Assembly: GCA_016235455.1 (NCBI GenBank)
Contig: JACRKZ010000131.1
Span: forward strand, 1 to 35,790
DNA from: Armatimonadota bacterium
GTDB lineage: Bacteria > Armatimonadota > UBA10988
DNA length: 35,790 nucleotides
Reading direction: 5' to 3'
Shown: positions 20,601-28,824 of the stretch, piece by piece
How positions within the stretch are numbered: position 1 is the first letter of the stretch
How the letters are laid out: each line of letters begins with the position of its first letter
Position numbers and translations under genes: made by a program
The notes under the pieces: generated by a model
Databases searched by the model: none
Seen by the model: the letters and a program-made list of their open reading frames with translations, nothing else
What the model was told of the DNA's origin: nothing

Positions 20601-23600
20601 CATGACCGGCCTGCGGATCAGCGGCCCGCTCGACCGGCTGCGCATCGTTTCGGCGGCGGGCGATGCGGGCTGGGTGACCTTGCCCGGCCGGCTGAGCTAC
20701 CAGGATTGGCAGATCGGCGGTGGCCGGGCGCGAGCCGATCTCACGATCACCAAGGAAGGGGCCAGGCACCGCACCGACGGCACGCTGCTGGTCGAGGGCA
20801 GCCGCATCAGCGGCGGATCGCTACGCGCCGAAGCCACGGTGACCGGGTCGTTGCGCCTGGCGGACGGCCGGCTGGCCACGGCCGACATGGCCGCGGCGGT
20901 CGCCGGCGGCACTGTGCAGGTGGCCTCGCGGGCACAGGGCGACCACGGGTATGGCAGCACGGTGTCGGCCCGCGGTGTGACGCTGGCCGAACTCCTGCCC
21001 GACCAGCGTGACGCTCTGGCGGCACTGGCTGGCGGTGTCGTGGACTCCGACCTCACGGTGGAAGGGCCGCCGGAGAACCTGGCCATCACCGGCCGGCTCT
21101 CGCTGGACACCGGTGCCGGCGGCGTGCCGGCCCAAGCGACGGTCAGCCTGCGGCTGGCGCGCGCCAGGGACGACAAGACGTCGGCGCAGTTGCTCGGCGT
21201 GGCCCGGCTGGCCGGCGGCGACCTCAGCCTGTCCAGCCTCGACGAGCCGTTGCGTGACCTGCGCGGCGAAGTGCGCTTCACCCGCGACCGTGTCGTGTTC
21301 GACCGCGTCACCGCGCTGCTGGCCCAGGCGCCGGTCCGGCTGGACGGCCGCATCACCGACCTGCCACGAGGGCTGTACGACCTCGTCGTGGACACCGACC
21401 CCATCGACCTGGGCGCCGTCGCCTCGGCCATTCGGGTCCCGCCGGCCGCCGGCGCATCGCCGGTCGCCGGCGCATCGCCGGTCGCCGGCGCAGCTGACAC
21501 GCACGTCAGCCTGTGGCAGCGCTGGGGTCTGCCGGCGCTGGCCACGCCGCAGCCTGGCCGGGCGCGGCTGACGCTGCGCGGTCCACGCGAGCACGTGGTG
21601 GCCGCCATCGAGGCTGACCTGCCGCAACTCGCCTTGCCGCGCGCCGCGGTGGTGCCCACGCCGCGTGGGCTGGAGACGAGCGAGGCTGGCAGTCCCACGG
21701 TGACGCTGGCCACCAACCTGCGCCTCCGCGGCCAGGCGGTGGGCTCGCTGGGCGCTGATCCACTGCCCACGGGCGACCGTGCCGCGGCGCTGCTCGAGCA
21801 ACTCGCCGGCCTGCAGCCGACACGGCAGGTGCGCGCGGAGTCGGCCGCAGACGACACGGCGACCAAGGAGCCGCTGTCGCATCGGTTCACACTGGACTTG
21901 CGAGCCACGGGTGACGGGCTGCGCGCGCGGCAGATGCTGGCGCTGACCAGCAAGAAGTCGCGCGACGACGCGCTCAACGGCTGGCTGGGCCAGGCCTACA
22001 CCTTCGCGCCGGGCAACCTGAGCGCGACCATTGCCGGTCGCGCCGACCAGCCCGAGCTGGAGGTCGATCTGAACTGCCCGCGCTGGGAGCTGCGCGGCAT
22101 GCCCGTGCGTGGCATCACGGCCCATGTGCGCGTGGCGGGCGGCGCCGACGAGCGGTTGCTGACCTTCACCAACTTTGCCGCGCAGATACGCGGCGCCACG
22201 CTCCACGGCTCGGGCGCGGTCAGGCTGCGGCCCGATCAGCCGGTGGCCATGGAAGGGCGCTTCCGGGGTGACGGGCTGGAAGTGGCGGCCTTGCAGGCAC
22301 TTGGTCTGACCAAGTCGCGTCCCGATGGCGTCGCCTCGGTCGATGTCGTGGTGCAACTCACCGAAGGGCGCAAGCTGGCCTCGGGCACCGTGCGCGCGCA
22401 GCGGCTGCGGCTGGCTGGCCAGCGCGTCGGCGACGGCGAGGCCCAGTTCGAGCTGGCCGACCGCACGCTGACGCTGCAACGGCTGCTGCTGCGCGACCCC
22501 GAGACAAACGCCTTCTGTCGCCTGCACGGCACGCTCGGCTTCGACGACGACAGCCCGCTGGCGCTCGCGGGCGATGTGCGCGGGTTCGAACTCGACCGGC
22601 TGACGCCGCTGCTGGGCAACGAGCAGAAGTGGTCGGGCCGGCTCAGCGGCCGGCTGGACTACGCGGGCGACATCACCGGCACTCGCCAGTTCCCGCTGAT
22701 CGGCGGCGTGGCCAACGTCTTCTTCGGGTCGGTGGCGGGCGTGCCGTTCACGCGGCTGAGCCTGCGTTCGGCGCCTCAGGGTCCGCGCGAGGTGGCGCTC
22801 AGCGCCGACCTGAACGATAGCGCCTACACGGCCCGCCTGGACGGCACTATCAGTGATCTGGACAGCCGGGCCGGGACGGCGCGCTATGCGCTGGAGGGCA
22901 CGCTGAACAGCCGCGACCTGGGCCAGGTGGCGCCTCTGGCCGCGCCCAAGGTGCCGGCCCTGGCCGAGAGTGAAGGCACCGTTGTGGGCAAGGTGTCGCT
23001 CACCGGCCGCGTCGTGCGGCGCGAGGAGGGTGAGGATGCCGGCCGGCTCAACGCGCTGGCCGACCTGCGCGGCACGGCCAGCCTGCACCTGGGCGGTGCC
23101 GCGCGCAGCCCGCTCAAGATCGCTGGCATCGAGCTGGACGGCGCCGACCTGGACCTGGTGGCCGACAAGGATCACGTGCGTATCGACCGGCTCGAGTTCG
23201 CCACCGGCAGCACGCGTGTGGCGCTCAAGCCAGGCACTTCGAACGCCGTGCGCGACCTCGACACCCAGGCTCGCGTGGAACTGCACCTGGTCACCCAGCG
23301 CCTGCGCTACGACGATCTGGTCGGCTTGACCCGCGTCCCACTGCGCACCGAGGGGTATGTCGATGGCGAGGCCGAAGTGACTGGCCTGGTCCGCAAACCC
23401 GCGGCACGGGTCACCTTCGCCACGCACGGCCTGCGCATCGAGGGCGACCAGGTGCCCGACCAGGTCATCGGGCTGAGTCTGGCGCGCGGCGAGATTCGCC
23501 TGGACCGGCGCATCACGCTGGACCTGTTCGGCGCTCGGGCCGAGATCGAGGGCGGCTGGGTGGACGGTCGGCCCGAAGGCGAGGGGCGGCTGACGCTGCA

Positions 23601-26202
23601 CAACCTGACGCGGCTGAGGCAGGTGGCCGAGACCGTGGCCGGCGCCAGCCAGGACCGGCAGCCGCGGCTGTGGCAGTCGCAGTTGCGCGGCTACCTGGAT
23701 GACCTGCCAGCCTTCGCCGCGGGACACCTGTCGATGGTGGCGACCTTGCGTCGCGACGGCGAGGCGACCAACGGCCTGGTGCGGCTCAACGCGGTCGGCC
23801 TGCAGGCGGTGGGTGCAGACGGCCCGCGCCCGCTGCCGCCGGTGGACGCCGAGGTGCGGTTGGGCCTGGGGCTGGGCGCTGGCCCCAAGGCCATCGAGGC
23901 GCGCAGCGAGCCGGGCATCGTCTACCTGACCGGCTCGGCCCGGCTCGAGGCACTGCGCTTCGCCGACGTGCGGCTGCGGCTGAGCGCCGACGAGGTCGAT
24001 CTGCGACCGTATGCCGCCTGGTCGCCCAGCCTCAAGGGCCTGGGCGGCAGTTGCTCGCTGGCCGCCGACATCAGCGCACCGGCCAGGCGCCTGGTGATCA
24101 GCAACGGGCACCTGGCCGCTGCGGGCCTGTCGTTGGGGCAGGTGCGGCTGGCCACGGTGCGCGCGGAGCGCGTAGCCCTGCGAGACGGTGTGCTGAGCTT
24201 CCAGCCGCTGGAGATCCAGGAGCGCAGCCTCACCGCCAGTCTGTCGGGCAAGGTGCCGCTGGAGCGCACGGCCAAGGGCGTGCGGCTCCGCGACGACCCG
24301 GCGCGGCCGGTTGACCTGCGCGGCGGCATCGACGTCTTCGACCTGTCGGATTTCGAGGACTTGATGGGTTCGGTCGGCTGGCTTGAGGGCAATGCCAAGC
24401 TGGAACTCGTGGCCCAGGGCCGCGCCAGCGAGGCACGCGTGGCCGGCGCGGCGACGCTGCAGATGCCGCTGCTGCAGATCGTGGACCGGCCAGCCACCGA
24501 AGCACCGCTCACCGCGGGCGGCATACGCACCTTGGACCGGCGCGGCGAGGTGATGCTGCTGCAGGACACGCAGGTGCGCCTGACCATCGACCAGAACCTG
24601 GTGCGGCTCGACCAGTGCGACGGTGCCGTGGTGCCGGCCAGCTACGCCATGACGCCGATGCCCAACGCTGACCGGCTGGCCAAGGATCGCGCCGACGGGC
24701 GGATCGGCAGTTTCTCGCTGCGCGAGGCGGTGCTGCCCGGCCGCGACCGCAGCGAGCCGGCGCTCGAACTGCGCCACCTGGAGCGCGCCCGCCTGCTCGA
24801 GAACCCGCTCAATCTGGACCTGTTCTTGAACCATGTGACGGCGCGCACCAAGTGGGTGGCGGTCCGCGACCTGTCCATCGCCGGCCAGATCAGGGCTCGG
24901 CAGGAGAACAATCGCTTCACCGCCAACGAGGCGCGACTGGTCAACTGCTCGGGCTGGGTCAACGACGGCTGGGCCAGCCTGACGGGCACCATGCTGGCGC
25001 GGGTGGGCGACCCGCGGCGCTGGGCGGAGCAGGAGTACCATCTGCGCCTGACCACGCCGTCCGTCGATGCCAAGGCGCCCGCCGACAGCGCCGACGGGCG
25101 ACTGGTGGCCTCGGCGCCGAAGGCCGCCACGCCGCGGCCGACGCCCGACGGGCGCGTGGTCTATCCGGTACAGATCAACGATCCCGCCTCTGGCCTGCTG
25201 CGCGTAGCGGCCGACGTGGGTCTGGATTCGCACACTCGGGAGTACGGGCCGCTCACCTTATGGGGCAAGGTCATGCTGACCGACGTCATCCTGCGCGAAG
25301 GCGCACTGGCGCTGCTGTCGGCCGACCCCAACCGGCCACGGCGCGACTGGCCGGCCTCGCCCGAGCTGCGGTTGAGCATCACCGCGCCGGACCGACAGCG
25401 CAACCGCATCCTCACGCGCGTGCCCGCCATCGACCTGCCCTTCGCCACCAGCCTCAGCCTCAGCGAGACCCCGCAGCGGCTGCGCCTCGAGGGTACGGTG
25501 GACGTGGCTTCGGGCTCGGTGTATGCTAGCGTGCTGAAGGCGCCCATCGAGGTCCAGAGCGGTACGGCCACGCTGCGCGTGCAACGCAACCCGCAGAGCG
25601 GTGCGTTTGAGCCGCACGCCGAGTTCGACAGCCGTTCGGAAACCGTGCTGCGTGCGGCGCGGCGCGGATCGAGCAGCGGGTTCAGCGGTGAGGACAACGT
25701 CGACTACCACGTGTCGCTGCGCGTACGCGGTACGGTGCGGCCGGGCGCGGAGAAGCCGGAGACCGAGTTCAGGGTTGACGCGCGCAGCACGCCGCCGCTG
25801 CCCGAGGAGACCATCTTCGCGCGGCTGTCGACATCGAACGACTTCGCGCAGGCCCTGGAGCGAGGCACGTTGGAGTCGTTTGTGAAGGAGGAGTTGGCCA
25901 ATGCGGCGTTGCAGACGGCCATCACCTACACCTTCACGCCGGTGTTCGAGGAGATCCGCAAGGGTATCGGGCTGGACGAGTTTGCCGTGCAGTATGAGCT
26001 GAACCAGCCCTTCGAGGTCCGTCTGGGCAAGTACCTGGTGCGGAACTTGTTCGCTGGCGTCAAAGTCAGCGTCAATGAACGGGGCGACAGCAGGCAGGTG
26101 TACCGGGTGAGCTATCAGATCTCCAATTCGTTCAAGATCGGTGGTCAGGCGGACACCCGTGATGACTACCGGTTCACCGTCGAGTATCAGGCTGGATTCT
26201 GA
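17644..26202 (+). CDS. Giant TamB/AsmA-like periplasm-spanning protein (~2850 aa)
   Basis: GTG start overlaps the comF stop (GTGA). N-terminal TM anchor followed by an AsmA-like N-terminus (LEQQTGRQVRIGRV..SLWQGLVIEQVSL); long Gly/Leu-rich beta-strand repeats; DUF490-like C-terminus (STPPLPEETIFARL, IGLDEFAV, VRLGKYLVRNLF, ends YQAGF); lies upstream of bamA. Confidence 0.82.
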   Translation: MSQEPDNQAPSALPPAANRHRRWLLLLALGAVVAMVVTMPVGPQHGAVRAKLVSALEQQTGRQVRIGRVWGSLWQGLVIEQVSLSDEGGFGADGRNIQLTCDRIRIRYHLLTMARTRDPMRGISSVVLEHPQAKLTWRADGTVDLVELFRRKKPVPDEVTTFTGRVRLSRGMILLVDERHPIAGRPRRHDLREADLDVRFLSRGHARVALESTVPGTVERVALGGDLVLDGGWRFDGHGALEHARLEQFAPYLNGPLAPNVELRSGLLSVRGTFRLNRPRDPKLPFDSGYDLQLEAEGCSLRSTPFREAGMGVTGRARYRQQSTANHTFNPEDGVWFDNLRFTMIGARATLNGRLIGISQLALDLRIAVEQLSMRRLAGALRVPGWLAQMTGDGTTSGELRWSGRGGAWRLAGRAAPRGVGWAGVARVDGGRLDFDLKQDRAASDGWAGRVDLVGVDAVTPRLAAPLTGWRGRVVLDHGQVALDRLSGRLGGAALEIDGRLLGVGGGRRPDLDLRLATTGLSPLVLRPLLPARWQPREAGGGLTGEIRLRGAIGSLNVAGHLAFPALTVAQGRLLGGRAAFDLRLGTAIVGWADLTDVGLSTPRLGVPLTGITGRLELAGGEITAHGLRGRLGGDALLVEGRVRQDFSHFALTIDAPDFDLGRSLVVAGGANLAARGRASARLRLVGSPQRLQVSGRATVPYLRGHGWQWGQGRVALDVELQPRLGVEGLRGWLRVEDARLRVRGVDGLLTIARADLYPAGDRLRIERLTGAVNGDTLAASGLIVGLRRVRSLDVLVTSAELSQSGWSALAKGNALRLDQPAAVDLHVHGTWPTPTIDGTIATAGATWTGEQPVTLAGSVEVALTPAAAGQPRPPLPATGQVRLRDVRVTSDQLGAPLSGLNGWLRLARDGSISIVRERDSLVPGELAGRLGDSPLRVAGAVWSRGRNPWELDLVADTPALAVADVRSALSRLKEPPQLAGEGTFAMTGLRISGPLDRLRIVSAAGDAGWVTLPGRLSYQDWQIGGGRARADLTITKEGARHRTDGTLLVEGSRISGGSLRAEATVTGSLRLADGRLATADMAAAVAGGTVQVASRAQGDHGYGSTVSARGVTLAELLPDQRDALAALAGGVVDSDLTVEGPPENLAITGRLSLDTGAGGVPAQATVSLRLARARDDKTSAQLLGVARLAGGDLSLSSLDEPLRDLRGEVRFTRDRVVFDRVTALLAQAPVRLDGRITDLPRGLYDLVVDTDPIDLGAVASAIRVPPAAGASPVAGASPVAGAADTHVSLWQRWGLPALATPQPGRARLTLRGPREHVVAAIEADLPQLALPRAAVVPTPRGLETSEAGSPTVTLATNLRLRGQAVGSLGADPLPTGDRAAALLEQLAGLQPTRQVRAESAADDTATKEPLSHRFTLDLRATGDGLRARQMLALTSKKSRDDALNGWLGQAYTFAPGNLSATIAGRADQPELEVDLNCPRWELRGMPVRGITAHVRVAGGADERLLTFTNFAAQIRGATLHGSGAVRLRPDQPVAMEGRFRGDGLEVAALQALGLTKSRPDGVASVDVVVQLTEGRKLASGTVRAQRLRLAGQRVGDGEAQFELADRTLTLQRLLLRDPETNAFCRLHGTLGFDDDSPLALAGDVRGFELDRLTPLLGNEQKWSGRLSGRLDYAGDITGTRQFPLIGGVANVFFGSVAGVPFTRLSLRSAPQGPREVALSADLNDSAYTARLDGTISDLDSRAGTARYALEGTLNSRDLGQVAPLAAPKVPALAESEGTVVGKVSLTGRVVRREEGEDAGRLNALADLRGTASLHLGGAARSPLKIAGIELDGADLDLVADKDHVRIDRLEFATGSTRVALKPGTSNAVRDLDTQARVELHLVTQRLRYDDLVGLTRVPLRTEGYVDGEAEVTGLVRKPAARVTFATHGLRIEGDQVPDQVIGLSLARGEIRLDRRITLDLFGARAEIEGGWVDGRPEGEGRLTLHNLTRLRQVAETVAGASQDRQPRLWQSQLRGYLDDLPAFAAGHLSMVATLRRDGEATNGLVRLNAVGLQAVGADGPRPLPPVDAEVRLGLGLGAGPKAIEARSEPGIVYLTGSARLEALRFADVRLRLSADEVDLRPYAAWSPSLKGLGGSCSLAADISAPARRLVISNGHLAAAGLSLGQVRLATVRAERVALRDGVLSFQPLEIQERSLTASLSGKVPLERTAKGVRLRDDPARPVDLRGGIDVFDLSDFEDLMGSVGWLEGNAKLELVAQGRASEARVAGAATLQMPLLQIVDRPATEAPLTAGGIRTLDRRGEVMLLQDTQVRLTIDQNLVRLDQCDGAVVPASYAMTPMPNADRLAKDRADGRIGSFSLREAVLPGRDRSEPALELRHLERARLLENPLNLDLFLNHVTARTKWVAVRDLSIAGQIRARQENNRFTANEARLVNCSGWVNDGWASLTGTMLARVGDPRRWAEQEYHLRLTTPSVDAKAPADSADGRLVASAPKAATPRPTPDGRVVYPVQINDPASGLLRVAADVGLDSHTREYGPLTLWGKVMLTDVILREGALALLSADPNRPRRDWPASPELRLSITAPDRQRNRILTRVPAIDLPFATSLSLSETPQRLRLEGTVDVASGSVYASVLKAPIEVQSGTATLRVQRNPQSGAFEPHAEFDSRSETVLRAARRGSSSGFSGEDNVDYHVSLRVRGTVRPGAEKPETEFRVDARSTPPLPEETIFARLSTSNDFAQALERGTLESFVKEELANAALQTAITYTFTPVFEEIRKGIGLDEFAVQYELNQPFEVRLGKYLVRNLFAGVKVSVNERGDSRQVYRVSYQISNSFKIGGQADTRDDYRFTVEYQAGF
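21448..21492 (+). repeat. Perfect 18-bp in-frame tandem repeat, 2.5 copies (AGASPV)
   Basis: GCCGGCGCATCGCCGGTC x2 plus GCCGGCGCA. Confidence 0.9.
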
Positions 26203-26204
26203 GC

Positions 26205-27650
26205 ATGAACAAAAGGTCCTCGAAGTCCCCTTGGCGGCGCGTGGCGCGCTGGCTGGCCGTGTCGGCCGGCATGGTCGCGGTGGTGCTCGGTGGCGCGGGC
26301 TGCGGCTCGAGTGGCACCAGCTTCGCCGAAGGCGTGCGTGTCGATGAACTGAAGGTGCGCGATATCGGCGTGGTGGTCACGGATACGACGGCGACCATTT
26401 CGTGGGTGACCCGCGTGACCCAGGGCAGCCACGTGTACTACGGCCCGACCAGTCGGCTGGGCACCACCGTGGCCGGCTCGATCGTCACGCGCCAGACCAC
26501 CACCGTGGACGGCGTCGACCATCAGGCGCAGATCACCGGGCTGACGGCCAACACGGTCTACTTCTTCCAGGTGGAGGGCCGCAAGACGACCTTGCGCTTC
26601 CGCACCGCGGGTGGCACGCGCACGCGGCTGGCCTTCGTCAGCGACCGCCTCGACGGCCGGCGCGAGATCTATCTGGCGCACGAGTTTGGCGAGAACGTCA
26701 CGCGCCTGACCACCACCGGCGGCTGGAGCCCCGCGCTCAGCCTCGACGGCACCCGGGTGGCCTGGGTGGGCAATCGCGTGGGCGGCGGTACCGACATCTT
26801 CCTCGCCACGCTCGACGCGAGCGGGCTCGTGGCCGGGTCGGTGCAGAACCTGACCGACACCGCCGACCGCGACGAGGCGCATCCCTGCTGGTCGTCCGAC
26901 GGCACGGCGGTCACCTTCTCCTCGGCCGGCGGGCTGGTCCAGCGCGTGGTGGCCGGCGGCGCGGAGACGACGCTCATCGGTGGACGCTACAGCTTCGATC
27001 AGCCGACCTGGCGGCGCGACGGTGCACGGCTGGCCTTCATCTCCAACCGGCGCACGGCGACCATCCAGCTCAAGCACCGGCCGGTGCTCGAGGGCAGCGT
27101 GTCCATCAAGGTGCGCGACCACAACAACTCCGTGCTCGCCCCGGCGCTCTATGAGCTGTACGACGCGACCACCGGCCTGATCGACCTCAGCGCGGCCGGC
27201 GTGGGCAACCTGCACGTGCGGGTCACCTACCGCAGCGGCGGCGTGCTCTACAGCGACGAGCAGTATCGCTCGCCGGTGCCGCGCACGGCGCTCTACACCA
27301 TGGCCGCCGACGGCACCGACTTGCGCCGCATCACTGACCTGGACTACTCCGTGGCCAGTCCCGAGTGGTCGGTCAGCGGCTCGCAGTTGTTCTACTGCCG
27401 CGAGTCGTCGGGCCTCAGTTCGATCCTGCAGATCAACGCCGACGGCAGCTCGGTCAAGGCCCTGTCCAGCGGCGACTTCCTGGATCGTGATCCGGTGGTG
27501 GCGCCCGACGGGTCGGGCATCATGTTCGTCAGCAATCGCGATGCCAACCGCCTGGTGAATCTGTGGCTGCTGCCCTCGGGCCAGTCTATGTATATGGTCA
27601 ACCTGTTCAGCAGCGGCGACACGGAGCCGAGCTGGTCTGTGGTACCCTGA
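26205..27650 (+). CDS. Lipoprotein with FN3-like domain and TolB-like PD40 beta-propeller
   Basis: Lipobox GAGC; FN3/purple-acid-phosphatase-N-like TATISWVT...YYG...ITGLTANTVYFFQV; PD40 repeats LAFVSDR, PALSLDG, PCWSSDG, PTWRRDG..LAFISNR, PVVAPDG..IMFVSNR. Confidence 0.85.
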   Translation: MNKRSSKSPWRRVARWLAVSAGMVAVVLGGAGCGSSGTSFAEGVRVDELKVRDIGVVVTDTTATISWVTRVTQGSHVYYGPTSRLGTTVAGSIVTRQTTTVDGVDHQAQITGLTANTVYFFQVEGRKTTLRFRTAGGTRTRLAFVSDRLDGRREIYLAHEFGENVTRLTTTGGWSPALSLDGTRVAWVGNRVGGGTDIFLATLDASGLVAGSVQNLTDTADRDEAHPCWSSDGTAVTFSSAGGLVQRVVAGGAETTLIGGRYSFDQPTWRRDGARLAFISNRRTATIQLKHRPVLEGSVSIKVRDHNNSVLAPALYELYDATTGLIDLSAAGVGNLHVRVTYRSGGVLYSDEQYRSPVPRTALYTMAADGTDLRRITDLDYSVASPEWSVSGSQLFYCRESSGLSSILQINADGSSVKALSSGDFLDRDPVVAPDGSGIMFVSNRDANRLVNLWLLPSGQSMYMVNLFSSGDTEPSWSVVP

Positions 27651-27670
27651 ACCGCGCGCGAGGAGACTCC

Positions 27671-28630
27671 ATGGAGCGCAAGCGCAACTCGCATACCCGC
27701 CGGACGCTGGCGGTAGTGTCCGCCCTGCTGGCCGCGTGGGCCATGTCCGGCTGCGGATCGGGCAGTGCCAGCGACTTTGTCTGGGGACGTACGCCGTCCA
27801 TTACGCCTGATGGCACCAAGCTGGTCTTCTGCCAGAACCTGTCCACGCCCAGCGACCAGTTGACCACGACGGTCTCTGTCCTGGACACGGGGGCCATCTG
27901 GACCTCGGCCGCCGACGGTACCAGCCCGCTACGGCTGACGCCCGACGGACGTGGCCCGGACTACTACCCGACGGTGTCGCCCGACGGCCAGCGCATCGCG
28001 TTCATCAGCTCCGAGGACAAGCAGTTCGACCTGTGGGTGGAGCGCCTCGACGGCAGCGATCGGCACAAGCTGACCTTCGACACAGCCGTCGACACCATGC
28101 CCTGCTGGAGCCCCGACAGCCGGCGCATCGCCTTTGTCAGCGACCGCGGCGGCAACACCGACATCTGGATGATCAACCTGGATGGCACCGGTCTGCAGCA
28201 GGTCACCTCGTTGCCCAGCGATGAATCGGGCCCGGCTTTCAGCCCGGACGGCAACAAGATCGTCTTCGGCACGAACCGCGACCGCGGCAATTTCGACCTG
28301 TGGATCCTGGACCTGGTGGGCGGCGGGTTGACCCAGTTGACCCACAAGCCCGAGGTCAAGGCCAAGGTCAGTGACGGTGGCCCCTGCTGGTCCCCAGACG
28401 GCGCGAGCGTGGTGTTCAGCCGCTGGGACGGGCACTGGGAAGTGTACACCATCGCCGCCGACGGCACGGCGCTGACACAGTTGACGAGCACCGTGGAGCA
28501 CTCGGGCGACCCGCGCTACAGCAGCGACGGCTCGACCATCTACTTCACCTCGTCACGCACCGGCTGGTGGCAGGTCTGGGCGATGGACGCCAACGGCGCC
28601 AACCCGCGCCAGGTGACTGGTCGCAACTAG
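27671..28630 (+). CDS. TolB-like PD40 beta-propeller lipoprotein
   Basis: AGGAG RBS, ATG 27671, lipobox MSGC; six P.wSPDG..IAF.S repeats. Confidence 0.9.
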   Translation: MERKRNSHTRRTLAVVSALLAAWAMSGCGSGSASDFVWGRTPSITPDGTKLVFCQNLSTPSDQLTTTVSVLDTGAIWTSAADGTSPLRLTPDGRGPDYYPTVSPDGQRIAFISSEDKQFDLWVERLDGSDRHKLTFDTAVDTMPCWSPDSRRIAFVSDRGGNTDIWMINLDGTGLQQVTSLPSDESGPAFSPDGNKIVFGTNRDRGNFDLWILDLVGGGLTQLTHKPEVKAKVSDGGPCWSPDGASVVFSRWDGHWEVYTIAADGTALTQLTSTVEHSGDPRYSSDGSTIYFTSSRTGWWQVWAMDANGANPRQVTGRN

Positions 28631-28642
28631 CGCGTAGCGGCG

Positions 28643-28689
28643 CCGACTCCCACGGAGCGCGCCGACTCCCGGGCTTCGGCCCGACTCCC
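28643..28689 (+). repeat. Three direct repeats of CCGACTCCC with exact 19-bp period
   Basis: Copies at 28643, 28662 and 28681 in the intergenic region upstream of the ECF sigma gene. Confidence 0.8.
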
Positions 28690-28824
28690 GGGGAGAACAT
28701 AAGCAGACGGTCGCGCAATGGCGCGAGAAGTGGTACAACCTGGAGCACTGAGGAGGGGACCCCCCAACCTATGCGGAGTGGCTCACCAATGCGGGAACCG
28801 GCTTGGGATCGAAACAGGCAGGCA

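Noticed and set aside
20821-25233. 1470-aa minus-strand ORF (and 17680..20130) opposite the TamB-like gene
   Set aside because: Antisense shadow of a high-GC gene; no recognisable motifs and a composition typical of reverse-frame translation.
26205-28630. Calling either propeller gene tolB
   Set aside because: Both are lipoproteins without the TolB N-terminal domain, and no tolQ, tolR, tolA or pal is adjacent.
28643-28689. Direct repeats as a mini-CRISPR
   Set aside because: 9-bp repeats with 10-bp spacers are far below CRISPR dimensions, and there are no cas genes.
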